A DNA stretch of 64,000 nt from Escherichia coli (GCF_024223415.1 NZ_CP100500.1), one strand, 5' to 3'. Positions 32,000-43,137 are shown, numbered from the stretch's first letter. Program-made: numbers and translations. Notes: generated by a model not told the origin, from the letters alone.

Positions 32000-33538
32000 T
32001 TATTCAGCTGGCAGTGCTATGCGCCACGGAAGCAGTTCGCTGACCCGGTTGACCGGCCAGTCTGCTATGACGCCAAGCACATGGCGAAGGTAGCTTTCTG
32101 GATCCACGTCATTCAGTTTGCACGTCCCTATCAGGCTGTACAGTAGCGCTCCCCGCTCACCACCATGGCCAGAGCCGAAGAACAGGAAGTTTTTACGACC
32201 CAGACTTACCGCCCGCAGGGCATTTTCAGCGATGTTGTTGTCGATTTCCACCCAGCCATCGTTCGCATAGTACGTCAGTGCCGGCCACTGGTTAAGTGCG
32301 TACGCGAACGCCTTCGCCAACTCTGAGTGTCGCGACAGGGTCTTCATCTTTTCACGCAACCAGCTTTCCAGGGATTTCAACAGCGGTTTCGTTTTTCGCT
32401 GACGTTCAGCAAGCCGCTGCTCTGCCGGCATTCCCCTTATATCCGCCTCTATGGCGTACAACTGACCGATCTGCTCCAGGGCTTCTTCCGTCAGTGCTGA
32501 CGGGATGCGGACGTGCACATCGTGGATCTTTCGGCGGGCATGAGCCCAGCAGGCAGCTTCCGTTATCCCACCATTGCGATACAGCTCGTTGAACCCGGCG
32601 TACGCATCCGCTTGCAGCACACCGCTGAAGCAAGCAAGATGAGTCTGCGGATGGATGCCTTTTCTGTCCGGGCTGTAAGCGAACCACACTGCAGGTGCCA
32701 ACGCTGACCCGGCATTGCGGTCATCACGAACATACGCCCACAACCGCCCGGTCTTCGTCTTCTTATTACCCGGCATCAGTACCTGGACCGGGGTATCATC
32801 GGCATGGAGTTTGCCGTCAGTCATGACATAGCCATGAAGCGCCTCTTCCAGCGGAGACAGCAGCCGGCAGCATGCATCCACCCAGCCCGACAGCAGTGAA
32901 CGGCTCAGCTCCACACCTTGCCGGCCGTATATTTCTGACTGGCGATACAGCGGGGTGTGCTCTGCATACTTCGAGGTCAGCACGCGGGCCAGCAGCCCCG
33001 GTCCGGCGATACCCCGCTCGATGGGCCGCGAAGGTGCAGGTGCCTGCACGATGGCATCGCACTGAGTACAGGCATGTTTTTCCCGTACCGTCCGGATAAC
33101 CCGGAAGGCGCTACGCATCAACTCCAGCTGTTCGGCGGTATCCTCGCCCAGATAGCTCAGTGAACCGCCGCAGTTCGGGCAGCACGGCGCCGCAGGCAAC
33201 AGTCGCTTTTCGTCACGGGGTAGTGATTCAGGGAACGGCTTACGGATGCGGGTCTGACGCAACGGACGCTGTACTGCCGGGTCATACACCCTACCAGTCA
33301 GCGTATCGCTCTCTTTCTGAAGCTGGTTCAGATCGGCTTCCATTTGTGCGATACGGCGGGAGACTTTTTCGGAACGACTGCCGAAGTTCATCCGGCGGAG
33401 TTTATCCAGCTGCGCCTGCAGATGGTCTATTTCGCGCTCCCGGTTGCTCAGCTTTTCCTGCAGGGCGTGGATCAGCGCTTCCTGTTCGGCCAGGCGCTGT
33501 TTCAGCAGGAAGATGTCGTCAGAAGAGATGTCGTTCAT
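32000..33538 (-). CDS. IS66-family transposase TnpC (second copy, diverged from the first)
   Basis: 512-aa [33 protein letters not shown]... Confidence 0.88.
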   Translation of the reverse strand: MNDISSDDIFLLKQRLAEQEALIHALQEKLSNREREIDHLQAQLDKLRRMNFGSRSEKVSRRIAQMEADLNQLQKESDTLTGRVYDPAVQRPLRQTRIRKPFPESLPRDEKRLLPAAPCCPNCGGSLSYLGEDTAEQLELMRSAFRVIRTVREKHACTQCDAIVQAPAPSRPIERGIAGPGLLARVLTSKYAEHTPLYRQSEIYGRQGVELSRSLLSGWVDACCRLLSPLEEALHGYVMTDGKLHADDTPVQVLMPGNKKTKTGRLWAYVRDDRNAGSALAPAVWFAYSPDRKGIHPQTHLACFSGVLQADAYAGFNELYRNGGITEAACWAHARRKIHDVHVRIPSALTEEALEQIGQLYAIEADIRGMPAEQRLAERQRKTKPLLKSLESWLREKMKTLSRHSELAKAFAYALNQWPALTYYANDGWVEIDNNIAENALRAVSLGRKNFLFFGSGHGGERGALLYSLIGTCKLNDVDPESYLRHVLGVIADWPVNRVSELLPWRIALPAE

Positions 33539-33587
33539 AAGCCCGTATTTTACCGGGCTTATTCTGTGACAACCAGGATAAAGAGAT

Positions 33588-33935
33588 TTACAGCATGGTC
33601 AGGGAGGTCAGCAGCCGCTTAGGCTGTCGCCAGTCGATACCTTCCAGCAGCATCGCCAGCTGCGCCTGTGTAAGGAACACTTTGCCATCACGGGCTGACG
33701 GCCAGGCGAAGCGCCCACGCTCCAGCCGTTTGGTCAGGAGGCACAGTCCGTCACCGGTGGACCACAGCAGTTTAACCTGACTGCCGCTGCGGCCCCGGAA
33801 AATGAAAACATGGCCGGACATGGGATCGTCTTTCAGCGCCGTCTGTACTTTCGCAGCCAGGCCGTTGAAGCCATTTCTCATATCGGTGATACCGGCAACC
33901 AGCCAAATTTTGGTCCCGGAAGGTAAAGGGATCAT
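33588..33935 (-). CDS. IS66-family TnpB (second copy)
   Basis: 115-aa ORF nearly identical to 29424..29771. Confidence 0.85.
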   Translation of the reverse strand: MIPLPSGTKIWLVAGITDMRNGFNGLAAKVQTALKDDPMSGHVFIFRGRSGSQVKLLWSTGDGLCLLTKRLERGRFAWPSARDGKVFLTQAQLAMLLEGIDWRQPKRLLTSLTML

Positions 33936-34333
33936 CGCTTCAGTTCCTGTATCAGCAGAGTCAGGAGCTTTTCGCTGACATTGCCATTGAAGCGGAGCGT
34001 CCCGTGCCGGAACGTTACCTCACAGCTGATACTGAGGGTTTCCGGGTCCTCTGCGAGCGATTCTGGCTGTTCGGCAGCTGCATCGAGAGTCACAGGAAGT
34101 AGCTGGGGGCTCTCTGAAGAAGGTAATAGCAGCTTTCCCTCGCGCCATTGTTGTCGCCATTTGAACAACAGATTGGCGTTAATGCCATTTTCAAGAGCAA
34201 GTTTTGAGATGGATATCCCGGGTTCACAGGAGGCAGCAACGAGCTGCTGTTTAAATTCGGGAGGATAATTAGGGCAGCCTTTTCGCCTGCCGGGAGTCAC
34301 ATTTTTCTGCATATCTGACACTTTGGTTCCCAC
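33932..34333 (-). CDS. IS66-family TnpA (second copy, diverged)
   Basis: 133-aa ORF overlapping orfB by 4 nt. Confidence 0.75.
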   Translation of the reverse strand: MGTKVSDMQKNVTPGRRKGCPNYPPEFKQQLVAASCEPGISISKLALENGINANLLFKWRQQWREGKLLLPSSESPQLLPVTLDAAAEQPESLAEDPETLSISCEVTFRHGTLRFNGNVSEKLLTLLIQELKR

Positions 34334-34764
34334 TACTTATTTGGTGGACACCACTTTGTCTAATTCGTCAGATTCTGACCAGACGGTTCAGGCTGTACGC
34401 TTACGCCTGAAAGCTGACTGCCTCCTGCTGAGGTGGGAGGCTATGATTCAGTGCGTTTATAGTCTCCGGGGTATGCATGTACCGGAGCATACCATTTCTG
34501 GTGGATAACAAGCCGGCACATTCAGACTGCAGTGAAGATGGAGGCACCTGGTTGTGAAGAACGTTTCTGCCCGTGGCTGCTTCGCATCATCAATGGTATT
34601 CATACCCGCTCAGAAATGACCGGGTGCTGAAGCCCTCCGTTATCGCGCAGTATAATGACGTATATGATCTGTGGACGAGTGAGCGGCGTGCCTGATGTAC
34701 GCCGCTATTACTGTATTTTACCACAGGGCTGGTTTTCTGCTGCCAGCCCTGTGGTTCTCAGACA

Positions 34765-35382
34765 TCAACTGTGAGCGGCATCAACCGATGTACGGTATGC
34801 CATAAGCACGTACTGATCCATCAGATTTGTCAGTGGTTCACTCTGACCCTGACGTGCAATGATCCATTGCTCCAGATCTTTTTCTGATTTGTGTTTCAGG
34901 TTTTTCGTCCAGTCGTCAAGGCTGTTTCCGGTCATTAAGTCAAGCCAGCAGAGCCAGACCAGTTTGAGACGTAACTCCGTGCCGCCAAACTGACGGAAGA
35001 GGCTGATCAGTTTGTTTGCCAGAGAATGTTGCTTCAGGCGCTCACATTCAGACAGCAGGATCCCTTCCAGCATCGGATGATGAACCAGCAGGTGTTCGCT
35101 GGTGCATAAATTCACCACCAGATCATCATCCAGGGACGGGGAGCTCCGTTTGTCCGGACCATAAATCAGCCGGTGCAGACTCTGGGGAACGATGGCAATC
35201 TCCGGTTTTTCGCCATTGAATGACACCCACCCGGGCGTCAGATTATGGAAATAGTAGATATTCGGATGACACACGCCCCATGATACGGCGTGCCGGGTGA
35301 AGCCGGTCAGCCATTTCTGGTAGTTTTCATGGAGCAGCTCGTAACGGGTCTGATACTGTTGTTTCATTTTCATATTCCTCAC
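34765..35382 (-). CDS. Hypothetical 205-aa island protein
   Basis: ORF downstream of alpA on the same strand; two hairpins follow its stop (34690-34754). Confidence 0.45.
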   Translation of the reverse strand: MRNMKMKQQYQTRYELLHENYQKWLTGFTRHAVSWGVCHPNIYYFHNLTPGWVSFNGEKPEIAIVPQSLHRLIYGPDKRSSPSLDDDLVVNLCTSEHLLVHHPMLEGILLSECERLKQHSLANKLISLFRQFGGTELRLKLVWLCWLDLMTGNSLDDWTKNLKHKSEKDLEQWIIARQGQSEPLTNLMDQYVLMAYRTSVDAAHS

Positions 35383-35460
35383 GGGGGATAACAGGCAGCA
35401 GAGCGCCGCCGGCAGGCCGGAGATTGCGTCTGCTGTGGGCGAAGGGTTAGTGGTTAAAAA

Positions 35461-35667
35461 TTACGGACGGGACTGTGCAATACGCGCCTGCAGCCAGGCT
35501 TCCACTTCACTTTTCAGCCAGCGGGAGCTGCGCCCCATTTTGATGGGCGCAGGAAAGCCCCCATCTTTGATGAGTTTGTCAAACCACTTATCGGTTAGGC
35601 CGGTCAGTTGAGTGATAAACGCCATGTCGACCATCTGGTCATCCATCAGCGAAACTGGGGTAGCCAT
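35461..35667 (-). CDS. alpA: AlpA-family prophage transcriptional regulator
   Basis: ORF 35461..35739; about 68-aa product from MATPVSLMDDQMVDMAFITQLTGLTDKWFDKLIKDGGFPAPIKMGRSSRWLKSEVEAWL. Confidence 0.75.
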   Translation of the reverse strand: MATPVSLMDDQMVDMAFITQLTGLTDKWFDKLIKDGGFPAPIKMGRSSRWLKSEVEAWLQARIAQSRP

Positions 35668-36792
35668 GAGAATGTTCCTCCGGATGTTGTTAAACCAGCC
35701 GGTGTGGTCATGAAAACAGCGCGCCACCTTCACCGGCATAACAACCGGGGAGAAACGTAAAAAATAATCGGGAATGTGGCTGTCCGGAGATAAACGGGGG
35801 GATTGCGATGGCAGAGCCGTAGCGGAATCCCGGAGGGGGGTGTTGCAAAAGATGCTTCCGCACGCACGCGCGATAAAGAGGGGATAGTTTTCGTGAGGAC
35901 AGGGAGAGAAGCAGGCGTTCTGATAATTGCAGAGTTGTTTTCGGAGGTGGTTACAGTGAGTCAGCCCGTTCCTGGCGAGCAGGAGACTGATATCACCGAT
36001 GGGATAAGGTTGTCTGATTGGTATTATAAATATAAGAAGTCATCAGAGAGTAACGTAAAGGATTTGCCAGAATAACCTAAGAGAGTAAATCTCTCCGGTA
36101 ACAGAGCGCTATGAAGCATTCTGTATCAGAGTGCAGATACATGAACGCTGATGCGTAAAATCAGCAGTGACACGCCAGCTCCCCCTATGCCCATTCCTGT
36201 ATAAGACATGAACTGAGTGTATTAATGCTTCTGCCCTGAGACTGAGCCGGTGAGTGAGGGGCTGAGAAATCCCTCTTGACACAGCTCTAACCAGAAATAC
36301 TTCCCCGGTTGTTGCGGTGCGTCCGGATCCCCGATAACGGAACACTAAGGCTGTATTGCGGGACACCGGGTAAGTAGCAGCCCGTAAGGCGTTCTGTCAA
36401 CGCCAGAAAAAATGATTTCCCACACGCGTTATAGACTCACTCCTGTGGACCTGGAAGCCCGTAACTCTGCGGTTGCCCACTGACTGACGGAACTGACCGC
36501 AAATTTTACGAGTGCGTGCTGGGCTTCAGTCTGGTCACCTGAGCGTTCGGTAACGGAGGCGCGGGCGGTAATAGGCTGATTTTCAGGTATTACCGGCTTA
36601 CAGCGTGTGGTTGATATTGAGGGGCTGTGAGTTTCGCGTATTTGTCAGAAACCCAGACGAGTTTTCCTGTATGGGACGAAATAAGGCAGCGGCAATACCT
36701 GGAAAAATTTAATATGGTATGAAGGAGAACCTGTCGGTTACGCTTAATATACCCGGTACACTGTCAGCTCAGGGGATACATGAACCGTTATC

Positions 36793-36996
36793 TCACCAGC
36801 TACACAGTATATACACACTGACGCTGACAGTAGTCAGCAGGACCACAATAATCAGTGCCAGCAGTATGGTAACGATACGGTCTGTATTCCGGTAATAGCC
36901 GAAGGGGTCGACAGAACCACAATACGGGCAACACACTGTATTATGAGTAATCGCGTTTCCACAGTCCCTGCACTTCTTTTTGCGTATCACCATCAC
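36793..36996 (-). CDS. Small zinc-ribbon membrane protein (CxxC...CxxC then one TM helix)
   Basis: 67-aa ORF KKKCRDCGNAITHNTVCCPYCGSVDPF ... IVTILLALIIVVLLTTVSVSVYILCSW. Confidence 0.4.
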   Translation of the reverse strand: MMVIRKKKCRDCGNAITHNTVCCPYCGSVDPFGYYRNTDRIVTILLALIIVVLLTTVSVSVYILCSW

Positions 36997-37192
36997 TCCC
37001 TCCTCACAGCCTTACCCGTAACCGGTTTTTTACATTAAAAAAACAACGCTGAAAATTCAACCGTCAGTCCGGAGACGACCGTTCGGGTTATCACAGAGTG
37101 CCTGAGACAGTGTCCTGCCGGAGGTCACTTCAGGGACTCTGCGCATTTTTTACGACGTGGCTATTCCGTATGAACCATACGGAGATTTAACC

Positions 37193-37762
37193 ATGACCTA
37201 CAAATACAACCCCTTCTGGCAGCAACGTATTCGTGAGACGGTGCGGCACGCACTGAATGTTCATCCCCGCCTGACGGCATTGCGGGTTGACCTGCGTTTC
37301 CCGGATGTACCGGCAGCAACGGACGCAGCTGTGATATCCCGCTTCATCAATGCCCTGAAAGCCCGAATCGACGCTTACCAGAAACGTAAGCATCGGGAAG
37401 GTAAACGCGTGCATCCCACCACCCTGCATTACGTCTGGGCCCGGGAGTTTGGGGAGTGCAAAGGTAAAAAACACTATCACCTGATGCTGCTGGTTAACCG
37501 GGATACCTGGTGTCGTGCCGGTGATTACCGTGCTCCGGGATCACTGGCCGGGATGATTAAACAGGCGTGGTGCAGTGCCCTGGGAGTGGATGTCGGGTGC
37601 CATGCCACGCTGGTGCATTTTCCGGCCTGGCCGGCGGTGTGGCTGGAACGCGATGATGACACTGGCTTTCAGCAGGTGCTGGAACGTGCTGACTATCTGG
37701 CGAAGGAACATACCAAAGCTCACTGCACCGGTGAGCGCAATTTTGGCTGTAGCCGGAGTTGA
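37193..37762 (+). CDS. Hypothetical island protein, possibly YagK/YfjJ (inovirus Gp2-like) family
   Basis: ORF 37157..37762; SD ggaga precedes ATG 37193 (MTYKYNPFWQQRIRETV...). Confidence 0.45.
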   Translation: MTYKYNPFWQQRIRETVRHALNVHPRLTALRVDLRFPDVPAATDAAVISRFINALKARIDAYQKRKHREGKRVHPTTLHYVWAREFGECKGKKHYHLMLLVNRDTWCRAGDYRAPGSLAGMIKQAWCSALGVDVGCHATLVHFPAWPAVWLERDDDTGFQQVLERADYLAKEHTKAHCTGERNFGCSRS

Positions 37763-38015
37763 GCACGACTGGCGCGCCAATATCCGGCAAACCAAAAGTA
37801 TGGGTTGTTGTCTGGCGGCAACGATGTATCCACTCGCCCACTGACTGTTTTTTACGTCAGTGTTCCATTGTGTGACAACCACAGTGCTGTAACAGCAACC
37901 AGCCTGCTTTACCCAAACTCCAGTCCAGATTTTAACTGAACCGCCATTCACACCCTGACCACGCTGCCCGTACCGGGACGGCTGTTGCCTGCGTGTCGTC
38001 TGGCGGCTGAGGAAT

Positions 38016-38423
38016 ATGACTATGTACGCAAAATCCTTTATCGCTCTTGATGGCAACGGACGTCTGACGGGCGCCCGTACTGCACAGGCCGCACCTTATG
38101 CTAACTACACCTGCCACTTGTGTGGCAGTGCACTCAGATACCATCCGCAATACGACACTGAACTTCCCTGGTTTGAACACACTGACGACAGGCTGACAGA
38201 GCACGGTCAACAGTGCCCTTATGTCAGGCCGGAGCGCAGAGAAATACAGTTGATTAAACGTCTGCAGCAATTCGTACCGGATGCCTTACCCGTGGTGCGT
38301 AAAGCCAGCTGGCACTGCAGACAATGTCACCACGATTATTATGGGGAGCGGTACTGCACACACTGCCAGACCGGAGGATTCAGTATTCCCCGGACAACTC
38401 AGGAGGAAATATGCGAATTCTGA
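38016..38423 (+). CDS. Cys-rich zinc-ribbon protein, paralog A (unknown function)
   Basis: 135 aa with CHLCG...PWFEH...CRQCHHDYYGERYCTHCQTGG. Confidence 0.5.
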   Translation: MTMYAKSFIALDGNGRLTGARTAQAAPYANYTCHLCGSALRYHPQYDTELPWFEHTDDRLTEHGQQCPYVRPERREIQLIKRLQQFVPDALPVVRKASWHCRQCHHDYYGERYCTHCQTGGFSIPRTTQEEICEF

Positions 38424-38821
38424 ACTGTTATATGGCGAATGACAGCAAAGGCCATTTTGTTACGGCGAAAGAAGCAGCGAAGCACAACCGCCAGGACGTT
38501 TTGTGCTGTGTGTCCTGTGGATGCCCGTTAACACTTCAGCGGGGCAATGACGGACAACCACCGTGGTTTGAACATGACCAGATGACTGTCGCTGAGAAAA
38601 TCCTGCTGCGATGCACCTGGCTTGACCCGGCAGAGAAAGAGGCCCGTCGTTTGCATCTGCAGGGTATGACGGTTCCGGATTATACGGTGAAGGTGAGAAA
38701 GTGGTTTTGTGTGATGTGTGACGAAGATTATGAAGGAGAAAAGTGCTGCCCGCGTTGTGGTACCGGGGTATACAGCAGGGAGGGGGGGCTGCAGGAAGGC
38801 AACTGGAAGGATAGGAACTGA
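38411..38821 (+). CDS. Cys-rich zinc-ribbon protein, paralog B (unknown function)
   Basis: ORF 38324..38821; perfect SD aggagg before ATG 38411 (MRILNCYMAND...); CCVSCGC...PWFEH...CVMCDEDYEGEKCCPRCGTG mirrors paralog A. Confidence 0.5.
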   Translation: MRILNCYMANDSKGHFVTAKEAAKHNRQDVLCCVSCGCPLTLQRGNDGQPPWFEHDQMTVAEKILLRCTWLDPAEKEARRLHLQGMTVPDYTVKVRKWFCVMCDEDYEGEKCCPRCGTGVYSREGGLQEGNWKDRN

Positions 38822-39006
38822 GCGGTTCAGTCGCGGAAATCAGTTGCAGAGCTGTAATGATATCTCCGGGAGTGCTGCGTTGGTAGGGGCATCCCGGGAT
38901 AGAGAAATTTTAGCACTTTGCCCTGAATGATTGTAGACGTTCCGAGTACTCGTACCGGTCTGAGTTATTACAGTTAGATATTCACTTTTTCTCCCGCATA
39001 CTTCAC

Positions 39007-40790
39007 ATCTGTCAACGACGGATGAAAAGTGGTTCTTCCGCAACCTGGGTGGAAGAAAATGGATGAAACTTTCTGGCGAACAAGGATCTAAGCTGTTTTA
39101 AGTTATGGGCAACGCAATGCACTCTCTTAAGACACTTCTACAGTTACCTTGCGGATGGCGATGCAGTCGACAAATTATTAGCTCTGACGGTATAACCCTC
39201 CATCTCCACGGAAAACGCAAAACAGCACAATGTCCTGAATGCTTTAAGCGTAGCGACTCTGTTCATAGTTGTCGTCGGCGCCGGATACAGCATCTACCCT
39301 GCTCAGGGCAGACGCTATGGCTTGTATTTTCCGTCCGCCACTGGTACTGCCGTAACCCGGCTTGTTCACGTAAAATTTTTGCCGAGTCGCTTGCTCCCTT
39401 CGCCGGTTCACACCAGCAGTCTTCACAGGCGTTACAAAATTTACAACGTCAACTGGGATTAATAGCTGGAGGTGAGGCTGGAAAACGGGCTGCAACGGCA
39501 GCGGGTCTCCGTTGCAGTGCTGATACTCTTCTTCGCAGGGTATCAATACCCCGGAGACGAAACAGTCAGGCGCGCCTCATGTCGGTATTGATGAGTGGGC
39601 GTGGCATCGGGGCCACTGCTGCGGTATGTTAATAGTCAATCTTGATACTCACCGTCCCCTCGTCCTGCTTCCCGGCCGTGATCAGCGTACGCTGGCGACC
39701 TGGTTCAGAAAATATCCGGAAATACAGGTTGTCTCGCGTGATCGCAGTGGAGTCTATGCGACAGCAGCACGTGAAGGTGCACCTCAGGCCAGACAGGTGG
39801 CCGATCGATGGCACCTGCTAAAAAATATTGGTGATGAGCCTGAACGAATGATGTACAGACATATGCCTCTGATACGTCTTGTTGTCAGAGAGTTATCACT
39901 GAAGAAATCACCTGAGCCAGAAATATCTGTGCCTGTAGCATCGCTCCGTCGTCTGGAACGCCTTAAACAGCACATCCGCAAAAAACGGCATCAGCGTTGG
40001 ACAGAGGTTATGGCCCTGCATAACAAGGGATGTAGTTTCAGGGAAATATCCCGTATTACAGGCCTGTCGCGAGTGACAGTCAGTCGCTGGGTGGGTTCAG
40101 GAACATTCCCTGAAATGTCAACTAGGCCTCCAAAGCGAGGGCTTCTGGACCCATGGAGGGAGTGGTTAAAAGAGCAACGAGAATGTGGTAATTATAACTC
40201 CGGCCGGATATGGCGGGAAATGGTGGCCAGGGGGGTTACAGGCAGTGAAACCATCGTCAGGGATGCTGTTGCCAAATGGCGTAAAGGCTGGATCCCACCG
40301 GTTACTACTGCCGCAAGACTTCCTTCAGTGTCCCGGGTAAGCCGCTGGTTGATGCCCTGGAGAATAATCAGGGGTGAAGAAAATTATGCTTTCCGATTTA
40401 TTAGTCTGATGTGTGAAAAAGAACCGGAGTTGAAAATAGCGCAGCAACTGGTACTCGAGTTCTACCGTATTCTGAAAACCTAAAATAAATCACAGCTAAG
40501 CAGCTGGTTCACTCGGGTCCACGAAAGCGGCTCAGCAGAACTTCGGTGCGTAGCTGCGGGGATGGAAGCTGATGCTGCGGCTATATGTGAGGCAATCAGC
40601 AGTCGCTGGAGTACTGGTGTTGTCGAAGGTCATGTAAATCGCCTGAAGGTGCTGATACGCCAGATGTATGGTCGAGCCGGACTTGAACTACTTAGGCGGA
40701 GGGTAATGAGTCCACTGGCATGAAAATCTTCACCCAGGTTGCGGAAGAGCCACTTTTGCACTGTTCGTGACAGTATGGCCTTTATGTACT
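39007..40790 (+). mobile_element. ISL3-family-like insertion sequence with a frameshifted transposase; ends approximate
   Basis: Imperfect terminal inverted repeats containing GG(T/C)TCTTCCGCAACCTGGGTG at 39031 and (reverse) 40751; transposase split into frames 39105..39632, 39626..40483 and a C-terminal piece ending ...EGHVNRLKVLIRQMYGRAGLELLRRRVM (~40722). Confidence 0.5.
39105..40483 (+). pseudogene. Disrupted ISL3-like transposase (at least two frameshifts)
   Basis: Zinc-finger N-terminus (CPECFKRSDSVHSCRRRRIQHLPCSGQ), ADRWHLLKN segment and HTH-like segment lie in different frames. Confidence 0.5.
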
Positions 40791-40793
40791 CAC

Positions 40794-41095
40794 TTTGTTA
40801 CCGGTAGCTGGATCATCACTACCGTGCTGCAAATGGTGGTGAACAGCATCAATTGTGGAATGAATGTTGCCGAAGCGACCAATGCGCCTCGTTTCCACTA
40901 TCAGTGGTTGCCGGACGAGCTGCGTGTTGAAAAGGGTTTAGTCCGGATACGCTCAAGCTGCTGGATGCAAAAGGTCAGAAAGTGGCGCTGAATGAGGCGA
41001 TGGGCAGCACGCAAAGCATTATGGTTGGGTCGGATGGTGAGTTGTACGGCGCATCCGACTCGCGCTTGGTGGATGATTTAACGGCGGGGTATTAA
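40794..41095 (+). pseudogene. ggt: 3' remnant of a gamma-glutamyltranspeptidase gene with an internal frameshift
   Basis: Translates ...VTGSWIITTVLQMVVNSINCGMNVAEATNAPRFHYQWLPDELRVEKG then, after a frameshift, SPDTLKLLDAKGQKVALNEAMGSTQSIMVGSDGELYGASDSRLVDDLTAGY*. Confidence 0.7.
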
Positions 41096-41134
41096 TTGAC
41101 ATCCCCCGGCGCAATGTGCCGGGGGATAATGGTT

Positions 41135-42169
41135 TTATGCGGTCAATAATCGTCCGGGATTATCGATACAGAGTTTTTTGAGGATCGTTTTATCGACGCC
41201 GCGCTCCGCCAGATAGGCCAGAAAAACATCTGGAACAAATCCCCAGCCATTACCGCCATTTTTAGCCCACATTTGTTTAAGGAAGACATCGTGGCTGAGA
41301 ACAAGCTGATCGGCGTATCCCAACTCAATGAGATGAGCGACGGCATCGGCAGTCTCCTGCACCCCTGGCGCTATTCCCTCTTTCGGGAAGGTAATGTCTA
41401 GGCCAATCATGTCGAATTCCAGCCAGACACCTTTATCAAGCATTTTCCGCTGATACGCCACGTCTTTTCCTGACGGATCCGAGTGTGCGAGAGAGACTTT
41501 ATTTGGCGAGACGCCCATTTCACCTAACACAATGTCGAGTACTTCATCACCGCGACGAAGCCAGCCCGGCATGTGAATATTCATCGCCACATGAGGATTG
41601 TTAATCTGTGCCAGCGAGGCAGCCCGCAAGCTGTTATGCTCGGCTTCGGTAAATGTCGGTGAAACACCTATTTCACCGATCATTCCGGCACGAATATCCG
41701 TATCGCCAATCCCTTGATTCAATTCTTTATCGATCGTTGTCGCCAGTTCATCAACCGTTTTATGAATTCTCTGGCTTTCAAATTTTTCCAGGTAGGGACC
41801 GGAGGAAGCAACAATATTCAGACCTGTTTTTAATGCGACTTCTCGTAATGCCTGCGCATCTCGTCCGATAGACTCAGACCCTGTGGCATCAATAATGGTG
41901 CGACCACCGAGCGAGATAAAGTTATTGATTTCGAAGATCACATCTTCAATAGGTTTGCGGTCCATATTATCAGCGCAGCAATAAGGATCGTGTTTTAATG
42001 CCCACTGGATTTCTGCCGTGACTTTTTTATCAACAAGCCGTTGTGAAAAAGGATAGCAAGGAGCATCCACAACAGAGGAAAGATCGTTGAACAGATGTTC
42101 ATGAGGAAGTGTTAGCCCCATATCTTCACGGGCGACGGGGCCCGTCACAGTTTGTAGATAATCTTTCAT
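41135..42169 (-). CDS. Phosphotriesterase-family (PTE/PHP-like) metal-dependent hydrolase
   Basis: 344 aa; N-terminal GLTLPHEHL metal-binding signature. Confidence 0.7.
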   Translation of the reverse strand: MKDYLQTVTGPVAREDMGLTLPHEHLFNDLSSVVDAPCYPFSQRLVDKKVTAEIQWALKHDPYCCADNMDRKPIEDVIFEINNFISLGGRTIIDATGSESIGRDAQALREVALKTGLNIVASSGPYLEKFESQRIHKTVDELATTIDKELNQGIGDTDIRAGMIGEIGVSPTFTEAEHNSLRAASLAQINNPHVAMNIHMPGWLRRGDEVLDIVLGEMGVSPNKVSLAHSDPSGKDVAYQRKMLDKGVWLEFDMIGLDITFPKEGIAPGVQETADAVAHLIELGYADQLVLSHDVFLKQMWAKNGGNGWGFVPDVFLAYLAERGVDKTILKKLCIDNPGRLLTA

Positions 42170-42171
42170 GA

Positions 42172-43137
42172 TTATACCTCCATTTTCTTCATTGTTTTCG
42201 AGGTTCTGTATTCCGGAATAGTGGTAACAATTGCACCGACCAGTGCAAACAGTGTTCCGATGATCGTGACCAGATAAACGCTATTGCCCAGCGATGGAAT
42301 TAATACGTCAATCAATACTGATCCCAGTAACTGGCCCGCCGTTGAAGCAACCCCCAGCATCAGTAACCCCAGACCTCTGACCAAAATGGCCATTAAACCG
42401 ATAGACATTAGTCCAAGCGGGCCGCCAAGATACATCCACCAGACATCTGGTAATTGAACAGTGACGTGCCCTAATGCGACACGAATAGCAAGCGCTGTGC
42501 CTAAAACACAAAATCCAACGATGAAATTCTAGGTGATTGAAACCAGCATGGATCCCGTAGCTTCAGCTACTTTTGCATTTCCAGCGGGCTGCCATCCTGC
42601 AAGCAAACCAGCTAAGAACGGAAGAATGGCAAGTAAGATGAAAGAGGTAGAATGCCACTGAGGTGACACAACAAAAATCGTAGCAATAACCGCAAATAAT
42701 GCACCGATGATGCAATAAGGGGTAAAGTATTTTTTCTCGTCGACACCGATACCAAAGCGATCGCAAAGTAAACCAGACAGCAATAGCGCGGAGATCAGTG
42801 CGGTTTGAAACGTTGCGACCCCGAGTGCGCTGGCTGATGCGCCTTCAGAAAATACCACCATCGCTCCACAGAGACCGGCAAACCAGTTCCAGAGAGGAAC
42901 TTTTCGGTTTTTAATCAGAGAAGGAATTGCCGCAAATTGTTGCCGGGTTTCTTTTCGCGCCATAATAATAAAAAACATCACGACTAAACCACTGGCAAAG
43001 GAGATAACTGCGCATGCATTACCATCCTGTAACCAGTGACCTAATTGACCATTCACCGCTGATTGCATAGGGGAGAGCATACCCGCAAGAATCGTGGCAA
43101 GCATCCATAAGGGAGTTGAGTACTTATTCTTTTTCAT
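42172..43137 (-). pseudogene. Inner-membrane transporter gene interrupted by one in-frame amber codon (TAG at 42529-42531)
   Basis: ORFs 42529..43137 and 42172..42435 share a frame; membrane-like sequence continues straight across the TAG (...LVSIT*NFIVGFCVLGTALAIRVALGHVTVQLPDVWWMYLGGPLGLM...). Confidence 0.7.

Larger units (their letters stand above)
31963..34404 (-). mobile_element. Second complete IS66-family element (2442 bp), inverted relative to the first, with 8-bp target-site duplication GCCTGAAA
   Basis: Terminal GTAAGCGTACAG... at both ends (inverted); GCCTGAAA at 31955-31962 and 34405-34412. Confidence 0.9.

Noticed and set aside
35803-36366. ORFs 35803..36075 (+) and 36109..36366 (-) in the alpA-upstream gap
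   Set aside because: No RBS, no recognisable motifs, and they sit in a GC-skewed noncoding stretch upstream of alpA; left unannotated.
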